From the NCBI GenBank assembly GCA_965238005.1, contig OZ250165.1:2368001-2432000 (forward strand): a stretch of DNA of 64,000 nt, written 5' to 3'. The notes under the pieces are model-generated. The model made no database searches. It saw only the letters and a program-made list of their open reading frames with translations, and was not told where the DNA came from. Positions 11,126 to 21,377 of this stretch are shown in pieces. The position numbers were made by a program, and so were the translations under genes. Within the stretch, counting starts at the first letter, position 1; each line of letters opens with the position of its first letter. This DNA is from Longimicrobiales bacterium (GTDB lineage Bacteria > Gemmatimonadota > Gemmatimonadetes > Longimicrobiales > Gaopeijiaceae).

Positions 11126-11140
11126 TCTCTCACCGCCCCC

Positions 11141-12079
11141 TCATCCCTGTGCCACCGGTGCGAGCGTCCACGCCTCCACCACCTGTGCGGCCTGGTTCGC
11201 CACAGGCTGGAGCGCGTCTATACGAACCATACCGTCGGGCACCTGATGCCTGAACCACGTGAGCTGCCTGCGGGCGTACTTCCGGGTCACCGATCGCATC
11301 CGATCGAGGGCTTCTTCGAGGCTCGTCTCCCCGGTCAGGTACGCGGCGATCTCCCGGTAGCCGGTCCCCGTCATGCCCGGATCGTCGGGCCCGTACCCCT
11401 GCTCCAGCAGCCGCTCCACCTCCGCGACCAACCCCTCTTCCGCCATCCGGGTTACCCTGGCGTCGATCCGTCGGTCCAGTTCCTCCCGGGGCATCTCCAA
11501 GACCACGATCACCCCCTGCAGCGGCTCCTGGTCTGGCGCTCCCTGCTCATGCCACCAGCTCAGCGGACGTCCGGTGAGGAGCGCCACCTCCAGGGTCCTC
11601 CCAAGGCGGTGGGGCCCTCCCTCGGCGGCGATGGCCGCGCGGCCGGGGTCGATCTCCGCTACCCAACGCTCCAGCTCCTCCCTGGGGAAGGTCGTGAGAT
11701 ATCGGCGTAACGCCTCGAGACGATCCTCTTCCATTTCGGGCTGGCGGAACATGGGATCTGTGAGAGCACGGAGGAAGAATCCCGTGCCGCCCACCACCAG
11801 GGGCACGCGCCCCCGAGCACGGATCTCGGAGATCCACGCGCGCGCGTCCCGGCCGAACTGGCCCGCGCTGTAGGTCTCGTTGGGATCTATCCTGTCGAGA
11901 CCGTGATGGGGCACCCGCTCCCAGAGCTCCTGGCTCGCCTTGTCGGTCCCGATGTCCATGCCCCGGTAGACCTGACGGGAGTCCATGCACACGATCTCCG
12001 CGTCGAGGGTGCGGGCCACCTCCATGGAGAGGGCAGTCTTCCCGGATGTGGTGGGTCCAGTGATCGCCAGAAAGTCCAT
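11141..12079 (-). CDS. miaA: tRNA dimethylallyltransferase
   Basis: GPTTSGKT, DSRQVYRGMDIGT, VGGTGF, YARRQLTWF. Confidence 0.97.
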   Translation of the reverse strand: MDFLAITGPTTSGKTALSMEVARTLDAEIVCMDSRQVYRGMDIGTDKASQELWERVPHHGLDRIDPNETYSAGQFGRDARAWISEIRARGRVPLVVGGTGFFLRALTDPMFRQPEMEEDRLEALRRYLTTFPREELERWVAEIDPGRAAIAAEGGPHRLGRTLEVALLTGRPLSWWHEQGAPDQEPLQGVIVVLEMPREELDRRIDARVTRMAEEGLVAEVERLLEQGYGPDDPGMTGTGYREIAAYLTGETSLEEALDRMRSVTRKYARRQLTWFRHQVPDGMVRIDALQPVANQAAQVVEAWTLAPVAQG

Positions 12080-12081
12080 TA

Positions 12082-12434
12082 GAGGCCTGTTGAAGAAGTG
12101 GGGCGAGCCGCGTTAGGAGCGCCGACAAGCGCTAGCGCGCTTGTTACCGGCCAGATCCTAGGCGGTGCCCCGAAGGCATAGCAATAGCTACGTCGAGGGG
12201 CGCCAACAACGGAGATGGCCCCGTGCCGCCCTAACCCGAAGGGCGAAGGGGGGTTGCGGGCCCATAGCGCGTCTCTCTTCCTCGCCGTAGCCATGCTACG
12301 CCTCGTCATCGTTCGTTCTTCGCCTTCGGCTCAGGTGTCGCGGGTCCGCGACGTTCTCTGGTCACCGCAAGACCGGGGTACCCGCGCCGAAGGCGTGGGT
12401 CGCGCGGCCGCACCCCACTCCTTCAACAGGCCTC
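12082..12434. mobile_element. MITE with about 22-bp terminal inverted repeats and TA target duplication
   Basis: TA-GAGGCCTGTTGAAGAAGTGGGG ... CCCCACTCCTTCAACAGGCCTC-TA; no transposase. Confidence 0.85.
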
Positions 12435-14203
12435 TACCGTCCGAACTTTCGCTCCAGCTCGTCCTTCCCGAGTCGCACGATGGTGGGACGACCGTGCACG
12501 TCGTGGTATGGAAGCTCGGTGGCGAAGAGCTGATCGAAGAGCTCCTGCATCTCGCGCTCGCTCAGCTTCTGACCGGCCTTGATGGCCCCCTTGCACGCGA
12601 ACATCATGGCGATCTTCTCGTGCTGGTTTTTGGCCGCCCGAGTGAGGTCCGAGCCCTGGACTAGCTCCTCCATCATCTCACGGAAACAGCGTTGCGGGTC
12701 GAAGTACGGATGAGGATCGGGGACGGCATGCACAATGATGGTGTTCCCGCCGAAGCCCTCGACCTCGAAGCCCACGCGGTTGAGCATGCCGGTAAGGGCC
12801 TCGGCCTCCTGGAACTCGGCCTTGGAGAGCCGGACGGTGAGGGGGAAGAGCAGTCGCTGGCCGGTCTGTCCTTCCTCCGCGAAGGCATCCATGAGGCGCT
12901 CGAAGAGGATCCGCTCGTGGGCCGAGTGTTGATCGATGATGATGAGGCCCTCGCGGGTCTCCGCCAGCACGTATGTGTTGAGGACTTGCCAGAGACGCGG
13001 GCACTCCTCCACGAAGGGGGCCGGACTGATCTGTGCCGCTCCGGCCTGGCCCTCCCCGCCTGCCAAGCCCTCCCCCATCTCATCGGCCGACAGGAAGAGG
13101 GCCGTCTGGCTCTCCTCGTCCCGTGGGTCGCGGGACCGCCGCGAGGTCGGACCGGGCTCGTGGACGGACATTCGGGGCGGAGCTAGCTGGGTGTCGAGGG
13201 TTGCCGCGCTCGCCTCGGCGGTGAGGCACCCCCGGACGGCGTCCTCCACAAACGACTCCACAGCGGCGGCCGATCGGAACCGCACTTCCGCCTTGGCCGG
13301 GTGGACGTTCATGTCCACACTCCCGGGTGGCATCTGCAGGTAGAGGAAGACCCACGGCCGCACCTTCTCGGAGATGGTGGTGCGGTACCCCCGATCCACG
13401 GCAGCCATGAGGGGGCGGCTCCGGAAGGGGCGCCCGTTCACGAACAGGTTCGCCCGACGAAGCCCACTCTTGGCAGCATCGGGCCGCTGCACCAGACCAC
13501 GCAGCGACATGCCGTCGGCCTCGGCGGCCAGCTCGACGAGGGTGCTCGCCAGTTCCCTGCCCCAAATGGCGCTCACGCGGGCCGTGAGATCCTTGGCCGG
13601 TGGCAGGTCCAGGAGCACACGCCCATCCGATGTAAGCGTGAAGCCCACCGACGCGTTGGCCAACGCCAAGACTGTGACCGCCTCGCTCACGGCTCGGGTT
13701 TCGACGGCCACCACCTTCAAGAACTTCGAGCGGGCTGGAGCGTTGAAGAACAGGTTTCCGACCTCGACCGTGGTCCCCCGGCGCCTGGGAGCGTCATCGA
13801 CGCCGCTCATGGTCCCGCCCTTCACCCGGATGCGGGTCCCCACCTCATCGTCTCCGTCCTTTGTGTCCAGTGTCATGCGGGACACGGCAGCAATGGACGG
13901 CAGGGCCTCGCCCCGGAAGCCGAAAGTCACGACCGACTGGAGATCGACGGCAGTGCGGATCTTGCTGGTAGCGTGGCGGTCCAGGCAGAGCAGGGCGTCC
14001 TCGCGGGTCATGCCAACGCCATCGTCGGTTACGCGGATGCGGCGCTTGCCCCCCCGCTCCAGAACGATATCGATGCGGGTCCCGCGGGCGTCCAGGGCGT
14101 TCTCGACGAGCTCCTTCACCACAGACGCGGGCCGCTCCACCACCTCCCCGGCAGCGATCTGATTGGCTACGACGTCCGGAAGAACCTCTATGGTGCGCGG
14201 CAT
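12434..14203 (-). CDS. mutL: DNA mismatch repair endonuclease MutL
   Basis: IAAGEVVERPASVVKELVENALDA, GFRGEAL, DMNVHPAK, DQHSAHER. Confidence 0.98.
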   Translation of the reverse strand: MPRTIEVLPDVVANQIAAGEVVERPASVVKELVENALDARGTRIDIVLERGGKRRIRVTDDGVGMTREDALLCLDRHATSKIRTAVDLQSVVTFGFRGEALPSIAAVSRMTLDTKDGDDEVGTRIRVKGGTMSGVDDAPRRRGTTVEVGNLFFNAPARSKFLKVVAVETRAVSEAVTVLALANASVGFTLTSDGRVLLDLPPAKDLTARVSAIWGRELASTLVELAAEADGMSLRGLVQRPDAAKSGLRRANLFVNGRPFRSRPLMAAVDRGYRTTISEKVRPWVFLYLQMPPGSVDMNVHPAKAEVRFRSAAAVESFVEDAVRGCLTAEASAATLDTQLAPPRMSVHEPGPTSRRSRDPRDEESQTALFLSADEMGEGLAGGEGQAGAAQISPAPFVEECPRLWQVLNTYVLAETREGLIIIDQHSAHERILFERLMDAFAEEGQTGQRLLFPLTVRLSKAEFQEAEALTGMLNRVGFEVEGFGGNTIIVHAVPDPHPYFDPQRCFREMMEELVQGSDLTRAAKNQHEKIAMMFACKGAIKAGQKLSEREMQELFDQLFATELPYHDVHGRPTIVRLGKDELERKFGR

Positions 14204-14213
14204 TTCGATCCCG

Positions 14214-14978
14214 TCATGACTCCAGGGCGTAGAAGCGGGTGGCGTTGGCGGTCGTGGACTCGGCCATCGCCTCGACGCTTTCGCCCCGAATGCCCGCCAT
14301 CACCTCGATCACCTGGGTGACGAAGGCAGGCTCGTTGCGCTTGCCCCGGTGCGGGATGGGGGCCAGGTACGGCGAGTCCGTCTCGGCCAGAATGCGATCA
14401 CCGGGAACCACTCTCACAGCCTCGTGGCCGTCGAACTTGGCAAAGGAGACGATCCCTGAAAAGGACACATGACATCCGACTTCGAGCGCGGCTTCCAGGA
14501 GCCGCATGCTCCCCGTGAAGCAGTGCAGAACCATACCTGTCGAAGGAGGGGCGTTTCGGATCACGGCGATGGTGTCGTCTTCCGCTTCGCGGCTATGGAT
14601 CACCAGCGGCAGACCCAGCTCGCAGGCCAGCCCGAGCTGGTTCTCGAACCATCTCCGCTGGAGCTCCCGAGGCGAGTGATCGTAGAAGTAGTCCAAACCG
14701 GTTTCACCGATGGCTACAACTTCGGGCCGGCTGGTGGCCAGCTCCCGGATCCCCTCCAGGTCGTGGTCTCGCGCCTGCGATACCTCGTGAGGGTGAACTC
14801 CGGCGGTGGACCACATGCCGTCGTGCGCGGCAGCCAGCTCTGCTCCGATGTGGGCGTCTTCGAGATGCGAGGCGATGGTGACGATGCGGGTCACACCGGC
14901 CTGGCGGGCCCTAGTGACGACGGCCGCCCGATCGTCGTCGAAGCGGCCGTCCGTCAGATGGCAGTGGCTGTCGAACAC
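14214..14978 (-). CDS. tatD: TatD family hydrolase
   Basis: DSHCHL, GVHPH, IGETGLD, IHSRE, LHCF, ETDSPY. Confidence 0.93.
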   Translation of the reverse strand: MFDSHCHLTDGRFDDDRAAVVTRARQAGVTRIVTIASHLEDAHIGAELAAAHDGMWSTAGVHPHEVSQARDHDLEGIRELATSRPEVVAIGETGLDYFYDHSPRELQRRWFENQLGLACELGLPLVIHSREAEDDTIAVIRNAPPSTGMVLHCFTGSMRLLEAALEVGCHVSFSGIVSFAKFDGHEAVRVVPGDRILAETDSPYLAPIPHRGKRNEPAFVTQVIEVMAGIRGESVEAMAESTTANATRFYALES

Positions 14979-14988
14979 AGGACACTAC

Positions 14989-15945
14989 CTACACGGTCGC
15001 CGTAGCCCTGCTCTTCTTCCGGTCGCGACGGGCCGACCCGTCGCCGAAGCGCTTCTGGATCTCCAGGAGTGCCGGTGCCGCCACGAAGATGGACGAGTAC
15101 GTCCCGATGACGACCCCCAGTATAAGCACCAGCGTGAAATCACGGATCACCGCGCCACCCGCGAAGAGGAGAGCCAGCAATACGGCCAAAGTCGTCCCGG
15201 AGGTGAGCACCGTGCGCGGAAGCGTCTCGTTGATGGAACGATCGACCAGAGCCACTGGATCCTCACGGCGTCCGCCCTTGGCGTTCAGGTTCTCGCGGAT
15301 CCGATCGAACACCACGATGGTGTCGTTGAGCGAGTACCCCACGATGGTGAGGATCGCGGCCACGGTGGCCAGGGCGATCTCGATCCGGAACAACGCTAGG
15401 AAACCCAAAGCGACCAGGATGTCGTGGATCGTTGCGATGACCGCAGCAAGTCCGAAACGCAGCTCGAACCGGACGGCCAGATAAATGAGCGTCAGGACGA
15501 AGGAGAACAGAATGGCCAACACCGCCTTCTGCTGGAGCTCCCCACCGATCTTGGGCCCCACAGTCTCGGTTCTGACCACGTCGAACATGTTACCCCCGAA
15601 GGCTGCAAGGAGCTGGTCTTCGACCTGCGCCCGCACCACGTCCACCTCCTCCTCACCCAGGGCGGCCCGGATCACGAACTCGTTGTCCTCGCCAAACCGG
15701 GTGATAGGAGGCGCCTGAGAGCCCCCGAGAGCCGCCCGAAGCTGGGCCGCCGTGGCAGGCTCATGGAAGCGGACCTGGATGAGAGATCCGCCGGTGAAGT
15801 CGACGCCGTAGTTCTGCCAGCTGCCTATGGCGAAGATGTTGAAGAACATCCCGACGACCCCTGTGAGGATCACCGCCGCCGACACGATGTAGGCCCTACG
15901 GCGCCACTCGATGAATGAATAGCTCGCCTGGTCGAACAGTCTCAT
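14989..15945 (-). CDS. secF: Protein translocase subunit SecF
   Basis: GVDFTGG, HD, GYSLNDTIVVFDRIRE. Confidence 0.97.
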   Translation of the reverse strand: MRLFDQASYSFIEWRRRAYIVSAAVILTGVVGMFFNIFAIGSWQNYGVDFTGGSLIQVRFHEPATAAQLRAALGGSQAPPITRFGEDNEFVIRAALGEEEVDVVRAQVEDQLLAAFGGNMFDVVRTETVGPKIGGELQQKAVLAILFSFVLTLIYLAVRFELRFGLAAVIATIHDILVALGFLALFRIEIALATVAAILTIVGYSLNDTIVVFDRIRENLNAKGGRREDPVALVDRSINETLPRTVLTSGTTLAVLLALLFAGGAVIRDFTLVLILGVVIGTYSSIFVAAPALLEIQKRFGDGSARRDRKKSRATATV

Positions 15946-15955
15946 GGATTCCGTC

Positions 15956-17578
15956 TCAGATGCTGATCGGGTCGGAAGCCTTCTTCCCCGACAGGTATAT
16001 GAGGAAGAGGGTTCTGGTCACGTAAAGGGCCGAGAAAAACGACGCCACGATGCCGATGGACAGCGTCACAGCGAAGCCCCGCACGGGCCCCGTACCGAAC
16101 TGGAAGAGGATGAGCGCCGTGATGAGCGTCGTCAGGTTCGCGTCGACGATGGCCGACAGCGCATGTCCGAAGCCCTCGTCCACCGCCGTGCGCGTCGCCC
16201 GGCCGAGGATAAGTTCCTCACGGATCCGCTCGAAGATCAGGACGTTGGCGTCCACCGCCATTCCCACAGAAAGAATCAGGCCTGCAATCCCCGGAAGGGT
16301 CAGCGTGGCGCCGAGCGCCGCAAGGAGGCCCAGCACCAGCATGGCGTAGACACCCAGAGCCATCACGGCGAAGACGCCTGCCACTTTGTAGTACAGGATC
16401 ATGACCATCACGACCCCCATCATGCCGATGATACCGGCGATCTTGCCCCGGTCGATCGAGTCCTGCCCCAGAGAAGGCCCCACGGTCCGCTCCTCCATGA
16501 TCCGCAGCTTGGCAGGGAGGGCGCCGGCCCGGAGCACGAGCGCCAGGTCCGCCGCCTCGGCGATGTCGGCGTTACCCATCTCGATGACTCCGCTGGCACC
16601 GATGCGATCACGCACCACCGGAGCACTCACGATCTCGTCGTCCAGCACGATGGCGATGAGGTCGCCCACGTGCTGCGTGGTGAACTGCGAGAACCGCCTT
16701 CCCCCGGCCCGGTCGAGCTGGAAGCTGACCTGAGCCTGGTTGAACTGGGGATCCCGCTGGGCTACAGCCGTTTCGAGCTGCTCGCCCGTCATGAAGGCGT
16801 CATCCTCCGTCACATAGAGGCGCCGGTAGGTGCGGGTTCCGACCCCGACGGGATCCGTCTCCCAGTGCAGCGATATGTTCCGGGGCAGAGCGATCTGAAC
16901 CTCGGGCAGCGCGAGGAAACTCTGGGCCGTCTCCACGTCCTCGAGGGCGACCAGGTACGTGCCTTCCAAATCGCCCGAGGCAAGGAGAGCCGTGAACGGC
17001 CTCAAGCTCACCGACTGGTCCTCCTCTTCGGCGGCCTGCTCTCCTTCGGCGCTGGCACTGTCCGCCTGGGTCGAATCGGCGTTGGGGCTCGCGAAGATCA
17101 GATCCTGCAGGTCCCGTGAGGGGCCCTCCGTATCGCGCCCCATCTCGCGGAGCGCGTCCACTCCGAGGGCGGCGACGATCTGCCGGTCGATCCGACTGAG
17201 GGCGGGTTCGAGCTCCGTCACGGGAAGCACGAGCTTGAACTCGAGGAACGCCGACTGCTGGATCAGATTCTTGGCTCGGTTCTCGTCCGCGATGCCCGGC
17301 AGCTCGACGATGATCCGCTCGAAGCCGACCTTCTGAATGAGCGGCTCCTCCACCCCGAATTCGTCGATGCGGGTGCGCAGAATGCGTTCGGCTCGATCGA
17401 TGGCGTCGGAGCGGGCATCGGCCGTCATGGTGCCCTCGGGATCGTCCACCTCGAGAACCAGGTGCATGCCTCCCTGAAGGTCGAGCCCCAGCTTGATCTT
17501 GTCGGTGACGAGGTAGTAGACGCTCAGGCCGACCAACGCCAAAACGACTATGAGCCGGCCTCGTACGGATTTGAACAT
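15956..17578 (-). CDS. secD: Protein translocase subunit SecD
   Basis: LGLDLQGG, RTVGPSLG, GMAVDANVLIFERIRE. Confidence 0.97.
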   Translation of the reverse strand: MFKSVRGRLIVVLALVGLSVYYLVTDKIKLGLDLQGGMHLVLEVDDPEGTMTADARSDAIDRAERILRTRIDEFGVEEPLIQKVGFERIIVELPGIADENRAKNLIQQSAFLEFKLVLPVTELEPALSRIDRQIVAALGVDALREMGRDTEGPSRDLQDLIFASPNADSTQADSASAEGEQAAEEEDQSVSLRPFTALLASGDLEGTYLVALEDVETAQSFLALPEVQIALPRNISLHWETDPVGVGTRTYRRLYVTEDDAFMTGEQLETAVAQRDPQFNQAQVSFQLDRAGGRRFSQFTTQHVGDLIAIVLDDEIVSAPVVRDRIGASGVIEMGNADIAEAADLALVLRAGALPAKLRIMEERTVGPSLGQDSIDRGKIAGIIGMMGVVMVMILYYKVAGVFAVMALGVYAMLVLGLLAALGATLTLPGIAGLILSVGMAVDANVLIFERIREELILGRATRTAVDEGFGHALSAIVDANLTTLITALILFQFGTGPVRGFAVTLSIGIVASFFSALYVTRTLFLIYLSGKKASDPISI

Positions 17579-17734
17579 CTGGGCGGTCAGTCGTTGAATT
17601 GTGGCGATTTCAAAGCCTAGTAAGTTCGTAGGCTCGGGGCACGCCTGTCAATCTACCGACCGACCGCTCACAGGATCCCCTCGGGGGGCCGAAGCCGGGC
17701 GGTCCTCGGCCGGAAATGACGGCTCCGCCCCCGC

Positions 17735-18802
17735 TCAGAAGTAGAGGAAGGCCTGGACTTTGAACGACATCTCGGAGTCGCCCTCCTGGGGCAAATAGAT
17801 GTCGAGATTCGTCCCGATCTTGTTCCGGCCGGAGACGAACAGCGACAGCCCCGGGGTGATGAGCCAGGCTGAGTCGTCTGCGGTGTCCGTGTCCGGATCT
17901 CCCCAGCTGATCCGGGTCAGCGGCTCGAGGGCCGCCCACCGGTCCGAGTCGACGGGAATGTAGTACGTGAGGACCGCCTGACCCGTCAGGAAACGCGCCG
18001 GATCTCCCGACGCGTCGAGCTCCTTCCAGTTGTCGCCCCCGACCATGGCCGCCTGGAGGTGCAACCCCTCGTACCAGCCACCCCATTCCAGATCGGCGCC
18101 GAAAGCCGTTCCGTACTCGGTATTGCCATCCGTGTCCGGGTAGTCGTGGAGACCGACGAAGGCGCCGATCTCCAGATCGTCGGCGACCTCGAGCGCGGCG
18201 CGGCCCGAATACGACTTGCTGCCGTTTTCGTCCTTCACGTTCACGCCCGTACCATTGGTCATGGTGGCCATGTAGGAGAAGCGTCTGCCTGATCCCGCGA
18301 TCCGGAGCCCCGTGTCACGTTCCGAGTACTCGAGCTGCTGCGTGAAACGGCTGAACGTGCAGACGCCGCCAATGCCCGTACAGTCGCCTGCTCCCGGAAC
18401 GCGCCCATCCCGCTCGATGATGGAGAGCTGCGTGCTGCTGCTCAGCTCGAAGACCTCCGAGGCTCGCTTGAGCTGTCCGACGGAGACCGCAAAGCCCGGA
18501 TGGAACTTGAGGCTGACGTAGGCATCCTGGAGCGCCACCTCGCCTCCGGCGAAGTCCGGGAGCAGGCGCGCCTCGAAGAAGTCCGTGATCTCGATCCCGA
18601 AGAACACACGCGCTCGCCGAAGAAAGGAGTCGAAGGAAGTGGCGTCCGTAGCGGAAGATGTGGTCGACTGGACATGAAGGCGCCCCCCGATGGTGATCTT
18701 CGCGTTCCGGGCCTGGATCTCCGTCTGGCTCAAGGCTGGCAAGGGGGTCGAAAGGGCGGCTAAGGACGAGGCTACCATAATGTGCCTGACAGTGCCTTTC
18801 AT
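17735..18802 (-). CDS. Outer-membrane porin (OprO/OprP-like)
   Basis: Signal peptide, FLRRAR, LQDAYV..VGQLK, C-terminal Phe. Confidence 0.75.
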   Translation of the reverse strand: MKGTVRHIMVASSLAALSTPLPALSQTEIQARNAKITIGGRLHVQSTTSSATDATSFDSFLRRARVFFGIEITDFFEARLLPDFAGGEVALQDAYVSLKFHPGFAVSVGQLKRASEVFELSSSTQLSIIERDGRVPGAGDCTGIGGVCTFSRFTQQLEYSERDTGLRIAGSGRRFSYMATMTNGTGVNVKDENGSKSYSGRAALEVADDLEIGAFVGLHDYPDTDGNTEYGTAFGADLEWGGWYEGLHLQAAMVGGDNWKELDASGDPARFLTGQAVLTYYIPVDSDRWAALEPLTRISWGDPDTDTADDSAWLITPGLSLFVSGRNKIGTNLDIYLPQEGDSEMSFKVQAFLYF

Positions 18803-18957
18803 GTGCCTCGTCTCTCGGATGGTCCACTCGGCGACGCCCCAGAACGTAGGGGCGCAGACAACGCGAACAACCCCGCTACACCGCTAGCCGGACGTGTGTC
18901 ACCGGGATGACTACGGGGGTGTGATGGATCGGTGTCCTGTGGGGGGAGAACAGCGAG

Positions 18958-21375
18958 CTACATCACGGCACGTCTTAGGACGGCCCGGACCCGGGCTATG
19001 AAGCGCTGCGCGTCGACGGACTTCTCGAGATAGTCGTCGGCACCGGCCTCCAGGAGCTCCTGCTCCACGCTCTCGTTTCCGAAGGCGGTGCTCACGAGAA
19101 CGGGAATGGCTGCCGTGTCCTTGGAGCCTCGAATGCGGTCGAGAACCTTGCGGCCGTCCAGGCCGGGCATGCTCAGGTCCAGGATGACGAGGTTGTAGTC
19201 GGGATCGAGCTTGAGCATGTCCAGAGCCTCGAAGCCGTCCTTGGCCATGGATACCACGTATCCCTCGGTGTCCAGAATGGCGTGGTACATGAGCCGGGCC
19301 TCTTCGTCGTCGTCCACCACCAGAACCCGGACCGGACCCTTGTCCTCCTCAATTTCGTCCTCGGGAGTTTGGCTGCCCATGGCCCGCTCTACCTCCACCA
19401 GCGTCGTCTTCCCCTGGGTGACCCAGTCCAGGGCCACCTGGTGCAGCGGCCGCATCCCGCCCTGTGCGGCGATCCGGTGGAGCGTCTGCCACCCCTTGCG
19501 GGCTTCCACGGCCGCCTGGAAACGGGGTCCGACCACCAAGACCTCGTTCACCGGGATCCTCCCACTGTAGCCCGTGAAGCCACAGTCCGCGCAGCCCACG
19601 GCCCGAACCATGGGCTCGATCTCGTTCAGCTCCGTGAGACGCTGCTCCTCCGGAGTGAGCTTGCCCCTCACGGGCTCGGCACAGGCGCCGCACACCCTGC
19701 GAAGGAGGCGCTGGGCGATGGTGCCCCGAAGCGTCGACGAGATCGTGCTGTAAGGCACTCCCATGTCGGCCATCCGGGCGACCGCGCTCACGGCGTCGTT
19801 GGCGTGGACGGTCGCCAGGACGAGGTGACCCGTCATGGCGGCATGGATCGCCGTCTCGGCCGTCTCGTGATCCCGGATCTCACCCACCAGCCGGATCTCA
19901 CCCACCAGGATGATGTCGGGGTCCTGCCGGGGAATCGCCCGCAGGGCACGACTGAACGTCACGCCCTGTTTCGTCTCCACCTGGGTCTGCGTGATTTGCG
20001 GAAGCTCGTACTCGATGGGATCCTCGACGGTCATGATGTTGACCTTCCCGTCGGCCAGCTCGCGAAGCGCCCCGTAGAGAGTCGTCGTTTTGCCGGATCC
20101 CGTAGGCCCGGTAACGAGGACGATGCCCTCCCGCAGGCTGATAAGCTGCCGCAGCCGGTCCAGCTCATAGGTCGGAAGGCTGAGGTCCTCGAGGGTTGGT
20201 GAGGCGTTGGAGTCCAGCACCCGGATCACGCACTTCTCGGAGACACCGGCAGGAATCGTGGAGATCCGCAGGTCGTACGCCAGGTTGTGGATGCGCACCC
20301 GGGCCTTGCCGTCTTGCGGGCGAAGCCGATCGGCGATGTCGAGCTTCGAAAGGATCTTCACTCGCGAGATCACCCGGTTCATGGCCGACATGGGGAGGTC
20401 CATGTGCTTTCTGAGCACCCCGTCGACCCTGAACCGGATCGCGCCCACCTTCCGGCCGGGCTCGATGTGGATGTCCGACGCGCCCTGCACGATGGCGTCC
20501 CGGATGACGAGGTTGGTGAGCTTCACGACCGGGGTGGCCGCCGCATCCTCGGAGCTGATGGACTCGGGGCCCATCTCCTCGACCAGCTTGACCGCGTCGT
20601 CGTCGATATCGTCGGCTTCGAGCGTGTCGAGAAGGCTCTCGATCGCCTGCTCGGGGGAGAAGCGGGCATCCAGCGCCTCCTGGATGGCGATGGGTGCGGC
20701 GACCTGGAAGATGGTGGTCCGGCCGGTGCTGAAGCTCAGGGCCCGCTCGGCCTCCACATCGGTGGGATCACAGGTCGCCACCAGCAAGTGCCGATCCGTC
20801 TCGTAGAGCGGGTAGATGTAATGCTTGCGAGCCATGGGCTCCGGCACCAGGAGAACCGCATTCGGATCACGGGCGGAGAAGTCCACTACCTCGAGGCGGA
20901 AGTACTCGGCGACGAGAATGCAGAGTCGCTCGTCGTCGATTTTGTAGGTGCGACTCACGACGGACCATGCGTCCATGGCGGGCGCATCCGGGGGGAGATC
21001 CGGACGTTCACCCTCGAGCCCAGCACGCTCCGCGATCCGCGCCAGCCAGTGAATGGCCGTCGTGCCCATCGCCACCGCCGGAACAGCCCCTCCATCGGTG
21101 TCGGCGTAGGCGACCTCGCCCTCCACGTCCTCGGACTCGGCCTCGGAGGCCTCATCGGCCACGTGATCGGCATCGGAGACCTCACCTGCTTCGGAGACCT
21201 CGCCGGTGTCCAAGGCGTCGTGCTCGTCGGCAGTCACCTGAGCGGCTCCGCGGGCCTCGGCGAGATCCCCGGCGCCCGGTTGGTCGGACTGGGGCTGATC
21301 GTCCGCCATGTCCTCGTCTCCGAGCTCCAGCACGGGCTCGGGAATGTCGACAGGGTCGGTCGTCATCTCGTCCAT
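18958..21375 (-). CDS. GspE/PilB family secretion ATPase with acidic N-terminus and C-terminal receiver domain
   Basis: ASDIHIEP, RPQDG, GPTGSGKTTT, TVEDPIE, TGHLVLATVH, CxxC..CxxC; C-terminal VLVVDD..LDLSMPGLDG. Confidence 0.9.
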   Translation of the reverse strand: MDEMTTDPVDIPEPVLELGDEDMADDQPQSDQPGAGDLAEARGAAQVTADEHDALDTGEVSEAGEVSDADHVADEASEAESEDVEGEVAYADTDGGAVPAVAMGTTAIHWLARIAERAGLEGERPDLPPDAPAMDAWSVVSRTYKIDDERLCILVAEYFRLEVVDFSARDPNAVLLVPEPMARKHYIYPLYETDRHLLVATCDPTDVEAERALSFSTGRTTIFQVAAPIAIQEALDARFSPEQAIESLLDTLEADDIDDDAVKLVEEMGPESISSEDAAATPVVKLTNLVIRDAIVQGASDIHIEPGRKVGAIRFRVDGVLRKHMDLPMSAMNRVISRVKILSKLDIADRLRPQDGKARVRIHNLAYDLRISTIPAGVSEKCVIRVLDSNASPTLEDLSLPTYELDRLRQLISLREGIVLVTGPTGSGKTTTLYGALRELADGKVNIMTVEDPIEYELPQITQTQVETKQGVTFSRALRAIPRQDPDIILVGEIRLVGEIRDHETAETAIHAAMTGHLVLATVHANDAVSAVARMADMGVPYSTISSTLRGTIAQRLLRRVCGACAEPVRGKLTPEEQRLTELNEIEPMVRAVGCADCGFTGYSGRIPVNEVLVVGPRFQAAVEARKGWQTLHRIAAQGGMRPLHQVALDWVTQGKTTLVEVERAMGSQTPEDEIEEDKGPVRVLVVDDDEEARLMYHAILDTEGYVVSMAKDGFEALDMLKLDPDYNLVILDLSMPGLDGRKVLDRIRGSKDTAAIPVLVSTAFGNESVEQELLEAGADDYLEKSVDAQRFIARVRAVLRRAVM
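19873..19908. repeat. Exact 18-bp tandem duplication in the Walker B region
   Basis: CCGGATCTCACCCACCAG x2, giving LVGEIR-LVGEIR. Confidence 0.95.
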
Positions 21376-21377
21376 GA

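Noticed and set aside
18860..18950. Pho box upstream of the porin
   Set aside because: No 11-bp periodic GTCAT repeats
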